Assembly (NCBI GenBank): GCA_047495785.1
Contig: JBLDXI010000029.1
Location: 3,472,001-3,536,000 of the forward strand
Origin: Lepidodermella squamata
Taxonomy: Eukaryota > Animalia > Gastrotricha
Direction: 5' to 3'
Length of the DNA stretch: 64,000 bases
This document shows, one piece after another, positions 12,331 through 27,046 of the stretch (positions within the stretch are counted from its first letter, which is position 1; the number at the start of each line of letters is the position of its first letter). A model generated the notes under the pieces. That model made no database searches and was not told the DNA's origin. It saw nothing but the letters and a program-made list of their open reading frames with translations. The translations under genes and the position numbers were made by a program.

Positions 12331-15109
12331 TCAGGGATGAAAGATTCTCGACTCGCCGATAGAGCCTGCTCGATCTAATGACAGATTAGTCTCCATCTGA
12401 CCTTGACCTTCAATCAAAACAGATTTCTTTGGCGCCAGTTTCTGATAACCCAGCAAAGCTATGCTGCTTGAACTAATGAAAATCGCCAGTACAGAAACAA
12501 GAACAGTCAAAGCCTGTCCATTCTCAGCTACCAGATACCCGATGAGAATAGACGCTAGCAATAAGGTGACGCAGACATGGACGTAGTACGCCCAGGTTCT
12601 CGTTTCTATGAGGCTTCCATTAATCCGCCGGGATAAACCTGCCCTGACCTGAGCCATGAGTTGTTTCAAGGAACTTGAACACTTCAGCGAAAGAAAGATC
12701 AATCTTAGGATGGAAAGAGTTAACAGAATCACCCCTATCGTCAATAAGGCTGTCGCAATTTTAGATTCCGAAACAGCAGGACCACATTCCGACCTCACGA
12801 ATTCCAAAAGCAGACTCTCATCGGTCTCGGAAAACTTCCGTTCTATTAACTTAGATTTCGCTTTCAACGGTGAAGAGGCCAGTAGTGAGACGAATATTAA
12901 AGCTGATAACCCCGGAAGGAAAGCAGACAAAGCTTGGAATCTTTTCGATGACCTTCCTCTGTGACTGGATTTCGACATAACAATCACGCTATTGCCTGAA
13001 GTCTTCGAAGTTGATCGAGACCTGAACGAAGTTTTGATCCGTGAGTAAGGATTTACAACCCTGTTCCTTTGTTCGTAAACCAAACAAGAGGCAGCCATTT
13101 CAAATTTGACCAATAGACCGATCAGAGTGAAACAGAATCCTAACCATACAAGTTCAGCCATGAAAGAGCAGTAGATTCCAAGATTATTTGTGAAGCCTGA
13201 TGGAATAAGGAAAATGTGGCTCAGAATGACGATGCTGCCAAGCAAGATGAGGAGATCCTCGAAAATGAACCTTTGGCTGTTGACAGAATTCTCAGGTTTC
13301 TTCGATCGAATCAAAATGAGAACAATAATCAGGCCTACCAAAGGAATACTAGCTAAGCCTATGGATAAGGAAAACTTAATGATAAATGATAAATCTGGTC
13401 TAAAAAACTAACTTAGCAAGAGAATAAAGACCGGCATAGGAAGAATCGGTAAGTTGACTTGAAGCATGTTCACCGCATCTTTTGGCGGCAGTTTGTCATA
13501 GGTTCTCCAGACTAATTTACCCGGCACGACAACAAGAGTTTCCATTGGCTCGAGATTGGACTTGTAATACGCAACCATGTTCCTAGTACTGATCCTGGTG
13601 CTCGAATTTACGTTTTCAATGACATTTTGTTGGAACGTGATTGGCATACTCCCCGAGGACCAAGCTGATTTTTTGTCAAAGGAGTACTCCCCTTTTAGTC
13701 CCGTCATCTTGAAGTCATAGATTTTGTCTCGGAGTAAATTCACTATTTTCGATGGATTTGTTTGGAAATTGTTCCCATTGGTGAACCAGTCAGACAACGT
13801 TTCATTTTCTTTAACAAATATTGGAAAAATTTAGGACTGTTAGTTAGGCAAATGTGATATACCTTTGTTGAGATCAGATTCCGTACTGTTCAAGATCATA
13901 CCAATAGCTATGTATTTGTCGTAAAATGCCGGAATCCAATAATCCCAGCCAAGCACTTGATCCGGGTTCTCAACATCATCCCGAATCCTGTCAAAAAGCT
14001 CGTTCAAATTGCTACCAGTCACATCAGTATGGCCTGGCCCGAATATTTCTGAAAGTGGGGAATCGCCAGAAAAGAACGTCCCTCCTAAAATATCTAGCAG
14101 CATATCTGCTGTGCACCAATCAGCTAGATTGGGAGGCAATCCAGCGGTTTCGTCGAAATAATTCCAAGCAAATACAAAAAGCGCGAAACTTGGGCCGTAC
14201 ATTCCATACTTATGAAGATAGCATGCTGTTGTCAAACTATCCTGGTTCAATGATATTATGATTCTAGGTTGCCGTAGCATCAATTCCGTGAACATCGAGT
14301 CCAGCTCATATTGATCATCGGTGTAGGCTCGCAGCTTGCCAAGATACGCCAATGTCACATTGTTTTCGTCAAGATTTCCCAATAAACTCGGCTCAATCTG
14401 AGATTAAATAAACAAAAATTCGAGGGTTACAGAGCGAAAAGCTTAGAACTACCATATTGCTCCATATATAGGTATCGCTTATGACAGACACTCGCTTCCA
14501 ACCCATTTTTACGATAAATTTTACAATGGCAATGACGTAGTAGTCCGTTCTCTCGCCTAACGAAAAGTAATTTCTACCCATCCTCCGACTCTTGAAGAAT
14601 TTTACGTCGTTCGAAAACGCTGATAGTGATACAATGTTGTGGGGAGATGTCAACAAAGCTGAGAGAGATTGCGATGTCCCCGAGCATTCTGTTGATGCCA
14701 ACATTGGAAATCGACCTTCGACTTCGTTTTGCTCGTCAAGCTTCGATATCAGTCCCTGCGTTACTTTAACCTCGTCACACTGTTATAGGAAAAGGCTTGG
14801 AATTCCTAAGGCTTATGTTGAAATGCAACTTACATCATCTTGAATCATTTCGAAAACAAGGTCATAGTTCGGCAGCCAATTATCTAAGCTTCTCAGGCGT
14901 TCGAGGGCGAATCGGGCAACTACAGTTGCCATTGGACCCAGTGGGAATATTCCTTCGTAATAGGTTGATGCTAGTACCGTTATGATGCCCCTTTGACTGG
15001 TTGTATTGCTGGTATTCAGTGAGACAAATGGAGGCATCGGCTCATTTGTTCCAAACTTGCAGGCTGCAAGCCCGATGAGCGAGAGAACTGCCCAAAATGT
15101 AAGGAGCAT
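12331..15109 (-). CDS. Class C GPCR, GABA-B-like, copy 2
   Basis: Colinear paralog of copy 1 with the same intron positions (ORFs 14813-15109, 14393-14704, 13840-14382, 13408-13797, 12331-13341). Confidence 0.85.
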
Positions 15110-17829
15110 CGACGAATTCCGACTAAACTTGAAGAAATATTGTCCTTTATGGAAAAGCTAATTTCTTTGAGAGTAAAAATACTCAAACTGAAAATTTTAA
15201 CCACGCCATTCCCGCCGTAGGTTATTTGGCGGGAAAGCGCATATGTGACGCTGCTGCAATCATCATAATCAAGCCGTCACGCATCACGCAACGATCAGAC
15301 TGACCGAGTGCGGAACGATCCCGGTCATCCCGCACGTTCCGCGCAGGTTCGGGACGCAAAGTTATATTAAAAATAGCATAAGTCATTTATAAAATTAATT
15401 CAATTTGTTTCTGTTTCCATATCATAAGGACAGAAACTTTATTTTTGTTACTCGTTGCCTAAGCCCTGAAGAAGTTATCCCTTATCCCTTATAGAAAAAA
15501 GATGGGAAGGACACTTAGTCGGCGTGCACACACATATGGGTCAGGTTATTGAGACGATACTGTAGTAAATCAAGAATTTTGCACGTTTTATGCACATAAA
15601 CCTTGGATAAAAACGGGCAATATTTTTGAAATTTTACTTGCCCTTTATAGAGATACGTATGAATAATCCCGCCAATATGAATGTGGGCGATTTTGAACTA
15701 TAGGCAGGCCCCTAGAAATGGGAGATTGAGTTTAATGAAAAAAAACATCCAGATCAAATGGGGTGACAGGACGTTGAAATTGTGTCTTGTTCGAAAACAG
15801 CCACGTGTTTCATGATTCTAGTCGGAAATGCGTTACTCGCAAAACCGCGAACGAGCTGTTAATTTGTCATGAGAGGGTAAAATAAAAGGAGGAAGCTTTC
15901 AAAAATTCAACAATAAACAAGCCAAACTTCCTGCTCGCTCTCATAATTAAACGTCGGTGTTTTGTTCGTTTCCTGAAGTGACATTCAATAGATAAGGCGG
16001 CATCGAAAACTAAATTAGAGTATGAAAATAGGCAATCGGAGATCGAAATTTTAGCTTGATTTCTTTCCTCAAGAGATGGATTGAACGTTGAGAGAAAAAA
16101 CGCAAGGGCAATTTCACAGTGAATATTGAGAAGCTCGCAAGGTTATGAACAACTATGCTCATTTCACAACGTTCAAGTCAAATATTTGAGAACATTTTGA
16201 ATTGGTCACTTTAGTTCAGAATTGGAACTGATTTTGCGATTTGAAGGTTGGTAGTATTGTGTCAAATAGGCAGTGTATCGAAGATAAGCTCAGACCTCAG
16301 AAAATTAGAAGGCCGTTTTATTTCATCGTTATCTCTGAGTGATATAACAGTGTGCGACTTTCAGGGGGGATGGGGGGATCATCCCCCCAGCTCGGCCTGG
16401 CCAGACGACAAAACCAGAATTTATCCCACTGTTTTGTTCATTTTTGAAGGTTCTGGAGCGTATTTTAGTGGAAAATCTTCAACATTTTCTCGTTTCGCTC
16501 GGTTATTCGCCGAAATGACTATAGTAATTTTGGCATTCCTCTGACCTGTCCATACTCATAAGTTCAGCAGTTGTGTTTTTACTGTAATTTTTTACTGTCT
16601 TTTTTGACCACAATAGTGGCCGATTCTTGGATTCTGATGGCAACGGCCGATTCTTCGTTTACGTGAGAGCCACGGCTGAAAACGTAAGCTCTCCGGCCGA
16701 AGACTAAATTACCAAGGACAGAAGAGCAGCCTAGGCAAGCGTTGACGTGGCTTTGTTCGACGGATCAAGGGGGAAATGAGTCGGCACTTGAGCTAATTTG
16801 CTCGCTTTTCTCATTTTTTCGATGATTTATTTTGGCAATACAGCCTTTTCCTTCCTGGCAGTTGTGGGATCCAAGATCCCTGCTCAAATCATTTGGCTTG
16901 ATACGGCCTGTTCCGTCCGTGTAGAGCTGGCCGATGGGGATTATCAGTGTGCTCAATGTTAGGTATTTTATTAGCAATTAACACGAAATAAATAGATACA
17001 ACTCCATGAAACAAATAACGCCGGGCCAAACTAAATGTTTCTTGTTCTGGAGCATCAGTATTATACAGGATTAGAAGGGCACGCAGGCAGATAAGATTAC
17101 TTTTACAATACTATTTTTTTAGGTTCACACGGCAAATTTTATTTTTAAATGTGTCATTTTTACACCAACACGTAGACTATCAACAAAACTAAACGCGAAA
17201 TCAGACAGTCTGTTTCAAAAGTTAACGATACGATTAAGAGAGTAGTTTTTATAAATAGGTTTAGTCATATTTCATTTTTGATATTATAAATTGGAGATGT
17301 TTTCACTGATCCATTCATAATTTTTAACAAAAAACATAAGACATAGACCAAACGACGTTCCTCAAGATAGTTAAGTTTAAGCGTTTTGAGTCTTCGGCCA
17401 TAAAAGGGTCGGATAAAATCAATAAGAGAAGAGCCGATAGCTCATTTTGTAAAGTAATAGGCTTGAACGTTTTCAAGTAAAATCAATTAAAGTTTTCAAG
17501 TAGGATCACACACTAGTGCAATATTCTAAGAGAGGTCGGACGTAAGTATAATAAGCCCATTTTAAAGTTTCAGCAGATTGACCTATTAAGGCTCGAAGAA
17601 TGAGATTTGCTTTACATATGCATGAATTTATATGGGCCCCAAAGTTCAGCTTTTATCAACGATCAGACACAAGTATTTAGAGTTGTTAAACCTTTAGACT
17701 ACCTTGCCTTCTCGTAGATAAGAAGACATGGGGTTTTAGCTGCCACGCATTTATCCAGGTTAAGATTTTATCTAATGCTAGAAAGAGTCGATTAACTTAT
17801 TAGCAGCAACTTATTATTAGCTTAGTCTA

Positions 17830-20800
17830 TCATTTTTTCAATATTTCGAATAGACACAGACCACAGATGGCTGCGGTGATCGCAATCGAAATTGCCGAAA
17901 CAAGAGATGTCATGGCCTGGCCATCGTGATAAATCATCAGCGCTATCAGTAGGGTCGCAATAAATATCGTTAATTCCCCGTAGACGAACGCGCACCAGGC
18001 TTTAGAGACAGAATTCGTAACTGGCAGCTGGGGAAGGGGGATTGACGGTCTGGAGATGATAGCTGGATGAACGGCTGTATGATGAAATGGTCGATAAGAA
18101 ACAATTGCCAATTTCAAACAAGAGAATGTAAAGGTGAGAAGAGCTAGTGCCATGAAAGCTAATGAAGCTTTCGATTCAATGACAACGCTTGTGAGGTCAC
18201 ATTCATCGCGGAAAAACATATTCAAAACACCCTCGTCTTCCACTTTGCTAGCCAAGACCAGCTTCCCCGTAATAGGATGAACGGCTAGAGCTATGGCAAA
18301 GAGAATCGCCGAGGAAGAAGGAATCAAGTAATTGACACTCAGCTGCAGCCGACTTTGCGGATTGCTCTGCTTTGGACGTAAGCGTTCCTTAGTTCCCATT
18401 TGAGGCTTGGATTCCCTACGACTCATTCGAGGCTTGGATTCCCCACTATCACCAGAACTAGTGAACTTGGCCATTAATCCTAGCTGAATCAGGCACAAAC
18501 CCAACCAAACCAATGCAGCTGTAGTCGAGCATCTGACAGACGAATCTTCGATCGATATCAGAAAATTGTTCGACGTCAGCAGAAAACCCCCGAGATTCAG
18601 CATAAAGTCATCCGGCCTTTTCACAATCACCTTTCCAGTTTTTACCATGAAGAAAGAAGACGGAATCAAAAGCAAGAGTGCCGTTACTTCAAAAATCAAA
18701 CTTAGTTCTAATGAGTTCTAACAAAATTGACTTACCACCGAGGAACACTGTCGCCTCGATAGGTAGAATTCGCACTATATTCACTTGGCTCTGAATCGTA
18801 TCTTTCGGAAGCTTTCCGCCTTTTGTGCGCCACATGATCTTATTGCTGAAAACAACCATCGGATCATTCGGCCTTAGGTTGGATTTGTAATAGCCGATCA
18901 CTTCACGGCTTGACGTATTGTTGCCTATAATGACTTGTTTGAAAATAATTGGCATGCTGCCCGAGGACCACAACTTGTTTCGATCAAATGAATATTCGCC
19001 CCTGAGACCAGTCATCGAGAATGCATATATCTGGTTTTCTAGAATTGACAAGATTTCCGTCGGCTTTGTGCGGTAATTCTCAGAGTTTGTGAACCAGTCC
19101 GACAGCGTCATGTTTCCTAAAAAATTTCGGATTGAAAATCAGTCTGTAAACAAAGTTTTGCTCACGTTTGTTCAGGCGAGCTTCGGTTGAGTTGAGAAGT
19201 AGGCCGATTGCAATGTATTTGTCATAAAGCGCCGGAATCACGTAATCGTATCCTTCAACGCGACTGGGCATTTCGACTTCATTCCGGATCGCTATGTCTA
19301 AATCATTCAAAGTCGCACCAGTAACATCTCGATGATTAGGTCCGTAAATTTCAGCCAGAGTCGCATCTCCTGCGTAAAAAGCACCAGCCAACACTTCTAA
19401 AAGCATAGCCCGACTGCACCATCTGCTCAAATGAGGTGGTAATGCGTTGCTCTCATCGATTGAGTTCCACGCAAGCATAAAAATAACATAACCAGGTCCG
19501 TATAAGCCATATTTATGCAAGTAACAGGCGATTGTTGTACCGTCAGAGTTCATTGATAGGATTATTCGCGGGTCTCGTAGTTTTAGCTCAGAGAACGCGG
19601 AGTCGAGTTCATACTCATCTCGAGTAAACAACATCAGCTTAACCGCATACGCCAGGCTTACATTCATTTTATCCAGGTTTTGCAGTAAAGATGGTTCGAG
19701 CTGAAATGGTGATATTAAAACGATTATAGCGAGAAATTTAAGAACGTTTCTGAGAATGTTGAAATTCAGTATATTCCGAATTCGCGATTAAAGAATAAAT
19801 GATAGGAGGACTTGCGTATCTAAGCCAAAGCCAAACTCCAACCCAAACCCTAACCCCAACTCTAACCCAGCGGTTAACTCCCAAACTGTTTGTCTCGTAC
19901 GACACCGCGGTGTCCTAAGAGAATGGCTCGAAGGAAACCTTGGTAAAATCAGTGAAGTTTGGTTAGGAATTGGTGCAATTTTTTGGGGTAAGAATTGATC
20001 ATTTGTTCAAATTGGTTTTAGATGGCTGATGAAATCGAAACGGATGGCTCGAAACTGATGAAATCCCAGGTGAAATTCAAACAAAACTCGAGCGAAGCGA
20101 GGAAATTTTTCGAATTCGACACTAAAAAACGACTTATAACATCTTAAAAATGAGGCAATGCCTTGGGATTTTCCCAGAAATTCATGCTTTCGCCCTTGAT
20201 GATGAAATTAATTGTGTCGACAAGTAAAATCTGCAACGTACGCAAGTGAGGTACACCCACTAGAAAACATAATAGGCCAAAGAGTAGGCTTATGGTTATG
20301 GGTGGGCTTAGGGCTTAGGTTAGGGCTAGGATTAGGTTCTGGTTCAGTTAACCTGAACCTACCCCTAATCCTAACTAAGGTAGAGGTTGAGACTGAACCA
20401 AATCCTAACCCTAATCCCAATCCTAAACCTAACCTTAACTACAACTGAGGCTAGTGATAGAGGTTTGAGGTGGGGCTAGGGTAATGATTAGTATTGGAGT
20501 TAGGATTATCGGTTAAGGATGGATTGGGTTTGCGAGTTAATGGGGATTAGGGTTGCATAATTACCAGATCATTGTATCTCAGGTTGTCGGTGATTAGAGA
20601 TACTCTAGTCCACCCAAGTTTGCTAACCATACTCGCCAAGGCCACTGTGTAATAGTCTGTACTCTCGCCCATAAAGTAGTACGGTTGGTTCTCCTTCCGT
20701 TGCTTGTAAAATTTGCTATCGCTACAAAATGCCGAGAAGGCAATGACATTATTTGGTCGGCTAGAGTAAGCAGAAATCCGCTGAGCCACTGCTGAGCAAT

Positions 20801-21217
20801 CCGTTGAAGCGATAAGAGGAATTATGGCTTCAGATCGACCGAGTCGATCCAGTTTTTCCATCAAGCTTTTCGCCACAGTTACTGCGTCACACTGTACAAA
20901 AGTTGAGTAGAAACTATGATTCTTAGATAAATGCTCCTGCTTACGTTATCTCGAACCAGTTCAAACACAATGTTGTAATTTTCCAAGAAGTTTGGCATGG
21001 TATTGAGACGTTGAAGGGCAACTTTTGCTACAGCTGTGCTTGTCGGTCCAAGGTTGTACAAACCCGAGTAAATTGTATGCGCTAACATTCGAACGTCTTG
21101 CTTTTTCGGGCTTCTATCCCCGAGGCTTACAAATGGCGGCATTGGAGCGTTCATTTCCAATTTGCTGAATACTGTTGGAATAAGTGTCATTGTGAGAACA
21201 GCGAGAAAGGCAAACAT
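17830..21217 (-). CDS. Class C GPCR, GABA-B-like, copy 3
   Basis: Colinear paralog (ORFs 20879-21217, 20547-20876, 19080-19667, 18689-19111, 17830-18699). Confidence 0.85.
19820..20555. repeat. Degenerate TTAGGG/CCCTAA-like hexamer tracts in alternating orientation within intron 2 of GPCR copy 3
   Basis: C-rich 19820-19870, G-rich 20285-20350, C-rich 20351-20443, G-rich 20450-20555. Confidence 0.7.
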
Positions 21218-21231
21218 GATTTTTACACTGG

Positions 21232-22576
21232 CTGGCTGTTTTAAATTTTACGTGAGGATATATACAGATCTCTGAAAAGTACGCAGTATTCTTATGACTC
21301 AACTGCTAATTACTAACATTCTTGCACTCAGCGGCGATATCTCCCATGCTTCCTCGCAGCATGCAGCTGCTGTGATTTTTTAAACTTGCTAGCTGTTTTA
21401 AATGTTACGTGGCGATATTTGCAGATTTCAGAAATAACGCAGTATTTTTGTGACTAAACTGCTAATTACTCAACTTGCCCTCAACGGCGACTTCTGCCAT
21501 GCTTCCTCGCAGCATACAGCCGCTGTGATTGCCTCAATTAGGTGAAAGCGGGGTTGGTAAAGCGTCTTCAGTTTCATGTTGTAAGAACCGATGATTAAAG
21601 CGCCAAAATTCCTAAGTAACGATTGTCGAGAATGAGTACCGATTTTGGCATCTGGCCAAAATTCCAGGTGATTCCAATATAGATCTTTCTATGGACTATA
21701 TATTCGCGGCTTAGCGTGGCATTTGTAATGCGATACTCTTTGATGAGTCACTTGCACATTGTGTGACTTGTGACCACTTAAAAGTCCAATCCATTGCGCA
21801 CGCTGATTGGTCAATCGATCGTTGCTATGACTCCTGGATGAAACGTTCTGTCGTGCGATCCATAAGATTTGTTGCAACAAGTGTTTTTTGCCGCAGCAAT
21901 TTACCACAATTAATATGGTCAATGGAAACCGGGCAGAGGGTGTGGCAAGGTCATTTTGTTCATAAACATAGAATAATTTATTAGTGGATCGCACGACAGA
22001 AATGTTTCATTCCGGAGTCATTAGCAACGATAAATTGACCAATCAGCGTGCGCGCCAAGGTTCAACTTACCAGTGGTTCCACAATGCAATAAACTTAAAG
22101 TTGTCCCCTCTGTCTTTTTGCGCATACACTACAATGATTCACATACCCGATAGTCAATAGTGCAATCAGATTGGATATTTTCCTCATATTTTCCTCATTT
22201 AGGATTCAGGAAAGGATTGAAATCTCATGAAACCAAGCACTCGTTGGAACATATCATCGATAACTTTTAATTCCTGGTCAAAATTCAGTGCCGGAAGTGG
22301 TCCAGGTGGCGAGAGGGGGGGAGGGGGGGGGGGGGTCGAACCCCCTGTCGAAAGCTCTGTCAAAAAACGTAAGGGTCCCCTTTAGCTAGCTGTTGAGCTA
22401 AAAATGGCTCGATCAACTCCCCCTCCCCGTGAAGATTTTTGCAGATCTCTGACATCAGCTAATTACTAGCATTCTTGCCCTCAGCAACGATATCTCCCAT
22501 GCTCGCTGCATACAGCCGCTGTGATTGTCTCAATTAGGTGAAAGCGGGGTTGGTTAAGCGTCTTCAGTTTCATGCT
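21232..22576. repeat. Three copies of a ~150-200-bp module directly upstream of GPCR copy 3 (about 21232-21378, 21388-21578, 22436-22576)
   Basis: Shared ctgctaattact..ttgc(a/c)ctca..(g)cga..tc.ccatgct..cgc.gcat.cagc.gctgtgatt. Confidence 0.75.
21758..22087. repeat. Foldback repeat: ~100-bp inverted arms around a ~125-bp spacer; one arm recurs at ~57509-57609
   Basis: cgcacgctgattggtcaat..tcgtgcgatcc versus ggatcgcacga..attgaccaatcagcgtgcg. Confidence 0.7.
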
Positions 22577-24243
22577 GTACGTGCCGGTGATGAACGCGAT
22601 GGCTCTGCCAAAAATACAGGTGCGGAGTGTAACCGATAGTGTCTTTTCCACCCTCAAAACCTCAAAACAGACATTATGAGTTCTCGCTTTCGAAAATGAC
22701 GTATACGAAAGTTGTCGTTAGGTACGCGGCGGGTTATTACATCTCGGAATATTTCCATTATTCTGAAAGCGATCACGTGGAAATAGTCTTCATCATCGCG
22801 CTGGGGCCCACGCCTATCAGCGCGACCCTCGCCTCTGATTGTTGTTCAATTTTCGTAATGCAATAAAAAAACCAGAGCAAAAACAAAGCGCACACACACA
22901 TTCATCGCGATGGCAATAAAGAATACGCACATACACAAAGCCATCAATTTATTATGTAGAATAAGGCGCAATATACATGGCGCGCATATATTATTAGCAC
23001 TATTATTATTAGTAGTTAAATAAATGGCAATCGCTTTTGTCGGCCGCCGTCCTCTGCGTTTAGTGAAAACACAACACTCGCATGTATGTGTATGAAGGAG
23101 AGTGATTGCACGACTCAATCCGGAGTCACAAATCGATGCCGCCTATTGCTGTCACTCACTCAGTCACTCAGTCAGTCAGTCGCCACTCGAACAAAAATAT
23201 ATGTATGCAAAATAAATAAAGGCGCTATGTATATCTACATGCGCCATACGTAAAAACACTTGAAGCTATTCAGTAAATTTATGAAAGCCGCTTTGCCCAC
23301 TGAATTTAGCGGGTTGTATGCAGTTTCATTTTCATCCTTGACATCGTTAACTTGAATCAGGCTGATTTTTTTCGCATTTTTTATTGTTTTTTGAAAAAAC
23401 TGAATTTTTTTTTGAGCTGAATATGTTTTGCAAAATATGAATAATGCATAAAAATAGCGAGAATTTTCTAGGAATAGAAATCGGCATTTTCTAGGATAAT
23501 CCATGAAAGTTTTTTTTTTAATTAATTCATCTTTGATCGATTAACCAGCGGTGCGTATATAAAAAAGCAGCGCCGCTATGTGATGTGGAGCGAAGATTCA
23601 TTTGGTCTAAAAATGGCAAAAGGATTTTTTTTCTATGAAAATGATTTGCCACAAAAAAAACCAGTTCTTTGATATCGCCGAAAAAGCACATTTCTTTTCC
23701 TAAATTACGGTTTTAATTTTCCAATATTTAAAATTGCTTAGCGCCCTCTTTGAATATTCAAATTAGGTGCGCTAATTTGTCACCCCGGTTCCAGCACCAA
23801 AAATTGCCCAGGCCTCTGTTGCTCCTCAGCCTACAAAGCAGATATCGATTCCAAGTATCGATTTCAAAAATCAGTGATTTTTCCGATATCAGCGATTTCA
23901 GACATCAACTTTAAAAATTCTTTCTACTTACCAGGTAGATGGATAAAATTCCCGGGTTCATTAGGGCATCATCTTCGATTAATAAAGAAATTTGTCATAA
24001 ATCGAAAAAAATCGGGCAAATTCAGTGAAGCGTCTTCCATAAATCCTGAATCCATTTCCGAATTTTGCAAATTTTTATCTGTAATTAAAATTTTTTTATA
24101 ATAATCCTCGATTTCCCCAAAGACGATATTATTTTTTTAAGATCTAACAGTTTTCTCAATTCCCCATCTCACCTTCAACTATTTCCGTTAAATTTAATCT
24201 CATTCTGATATAGTCGATAGGTTATTTAGATTTAGTTTTCTAA

Positions 24244-25737
24244 ATGGATTTCAGCCAGATCCACTGGGACATTACGGGCAAGGTTTGCCTCGTAACCGGT
24301 GGAAACGCTGGCATAGGCCGCGAAACCGCGCTGGAACTTATAAAACGAGGCGCAGGTCGCGTCATAATCGCCTGTCGAAACATCGAAACCGGCGAGGAGG
24401 CCATTAAATACATTCGAGACGCGGCGAAAGTTACGGACGACGCTGAGGCTAGCCGGCGATTAGGCCTGCGCAAACTCGACCTCGGCTCGCTCGAGTCGGT
24501 TCGAGCGTGTGCCGAGGCGATCAATGACGAGGAGGCGAAACTGCACATTTTGATTAACAACGCTGGCGTGTATGCGCCGAGTGAGAAATCACTGACAGCT
24601 GATGGCTTCGAAATGAGCTTCGGAACGAATCATATCGGCCATTTTCTTCTCACCAAGCTCCTTATTCCACTTCTAAAAAGGTAATTCGAGGGATTTTCGA
24701 CTTTCTTCAGAAATTTGAATTTTTTATTAATTTCAATAATGGGATTTCAATAATAAAAAAATTAATTTCAATAATTTAAATCCAAGTATCGATTTTACAA
24801 ATCAGTGATTTTTCCGATATCGAAATTCTTGAAGGTCAATATGAAATGTGGATTTTCAATTTTCATGCATAATTTGTTCTCCTATTTTATTTGAACCCTT
24901 CCCAAATTCAGAAAATTATTCATAAATTTAAAAAAATTCGGAATCACTCCGAAAATCATTGAAATTCCTGAAAACTCAAATTTTTTACAAAAATTTCAGT
25001 TTTCAGGAATTTAATTTTTTTCATTTAATTTTTTCATTTCAGGAATTAATTTTTATTGAATTTAATTTTGTTTTGTATTTTTCTCGATTTTATTCAATTT
25101 TTTGCCTCGAATTATTGGAAAATTTAAATTTTAGAAGCCAATATTAAGTTCGTTTCGATTTAATCATGTCATTTAATTTCAATTTTTAGATCTGCCCCGT
25201 CTCGTATCATCATCGTAGCGTCGATAGCTTACAAATTTTGCTGGCCAACCGGTTTTCACATCGACGATCCGAACTACGAGAGCAGCTTCTATGAAGCTTG
25301 GATGGCGTACAGCCAGTCGAAACTAGCCAACATTTTGTTCGCTAAAATGCTAGACTACAAGCTGAATGGCAACGGGCTGTCGGGCGTGACCGTCTACAGC
25401 CTGCATCCTGGTGCTGTTAAAACTAATCTACTACTTCGAAACCGGGGCTGGCTGATGAAACTGCTCGTTCAACCCCTTCGATTTTTCTTCGTCACGCCAA
25501 CTGAGGGTTCGCAGACGTCGATTTACTGCGCCACAAAACCCGGAATCGAGCAATATTCCGGCCAATTTTTCGAGTAAAAAATTTCAAATTTTTCCGAATA
25601 AATTCACGAATTTTTTTGAATTTTTTTTTGAATTTAGCAACAGTCAGGTGTCCGAGCTATGGGAAATCGCTAGAGACGAAGATACAGCGCAGAAATTATG
25701 GGATCTGAGCGAAAGGCTGATCGAAGGAAAGTATTGA
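24244..25737 (+). CDS. Short-chain dehydrogenase/reductase, retinol dehydrogenase 11-14-like
   Basis: TGGNAGIG, INNAG, NHIGHF, YSQSK, LHPGAVKT, LWDLSE; exons ~24244-24680, 25190-25573, 25638-25737. Confidence 0.92.
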
Positions 25738-26010
25738 AGATATTCGAAGTTGATATATTTTCTCATCTTGGACTTGACAAATTTTAATTTTCTGTTCTAT
25801 CAAAACTGATTTTCATGCCGAAGCGAAAACTTTTGTTATTTATATCGTGTTACGATTTCAGTCTATTCAAATTGCCAGGTACATGTATTGATTGTCTCTG
25901 CAAATGGATGAAAGTAAAAAACTGCCATATTGCTTTCACCTTGAATTCAAGTGAATATATTTTTTTATTTATTATTTATTATTTATTATCTAAAAAATTG
26001 CAGGATTTAA

Positions 26011-27016
26011 TCAAAATTTATTCAAATTTTTAGGCGCGATTGTTCTCACTTTTCTAACTTTTTTATTGTCTTTTTCCTGAGCCGCAATTTTTCTGATGAC
26101 ATTATACCGATCCCCAGGCCAGCCGCCGCCATTACAATACGATGGCGTTAGTACAACAGTAGGCGTGTTTGTGATGAAATATCGATTAAGATGACCTTGT
26201 TCGTGGTATCGCGCCACGAGTTTCAAATCTAGGTCACTGCGTATCCACTGCGAGATGACGCGCCACAACTGGGTCACCTCGTCTGTCGTGCCGCCATAGA
26301 AAGCGCCGGTGTAATAAATGTGCGTGACCTCGTCGTCTGCAATATAAGCCGCTGATTGAGGTCGCCTTTCATACGGAAATTCGGCCGGGTCTGTTTTGAA
26401 ACGGCCTGGGGCTTGAGTGGCGACTCGATCGCTTAGAATTTCACGCCCGACGCGATCAACAAAATACATTTCAGCATCAAATGAGAAGAAGAAATCGAAG
26501 TCCTGAAAAAATAATGAAATAATTTTCTAAAAAAAATCATTAGGGTGGATTTTTTATATTTTTTAATTCAAGGAAAAACCTGGCGCAATAATAAATAAAT
26601 AAATAAATTTTAAGGTGGATTTTTTAATTATTCTACCAAAATGCAGATACCTTTTCGATCGATCGCCTTTGCGTAAAATTAAGGAAAATTTCCGGCCGAA
26701 AGATGCTGTCCCCAGGCCAGAATAGCCGCTTCTGAGGTATAAATTCGACATTTTCTCGTGAATTTTCCAGCCTTTCGTGATCAGTGAAAATGAACCAATG
26801 AACTCGAGCCCGATTTTTCAGCAGGTAAATATCAGCGGATTCCAGGAGTAATTTCGTAAAATTGAAGTAGTCACCAGTCGCCATGACGAAAAACGCAACT
26901 CGTGGTAAATGACCGCATTTCGGACAATTTGCCGGCTGCTTCCGCGAAATCAGTATCAAAATCGATCCAAACGTCAGAGTGAGCAATAAATTTTTTAAAT
27001 TTCTTGAAAATCGCAT
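26011..27016 (-). CDS. GT6 family (ABO/alpha3GT-like) glycosyltransferase, copy 1
   Basis: Type II anchor, ATGDY, FIFTD, PYERRPQSAAYI, YYTGAFYGG, HLNRYF; two exons. Confidence 0.88.
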
Positions 27017-27046
27017 AATCTATCAAAAATTATTCGAATTATTTTT

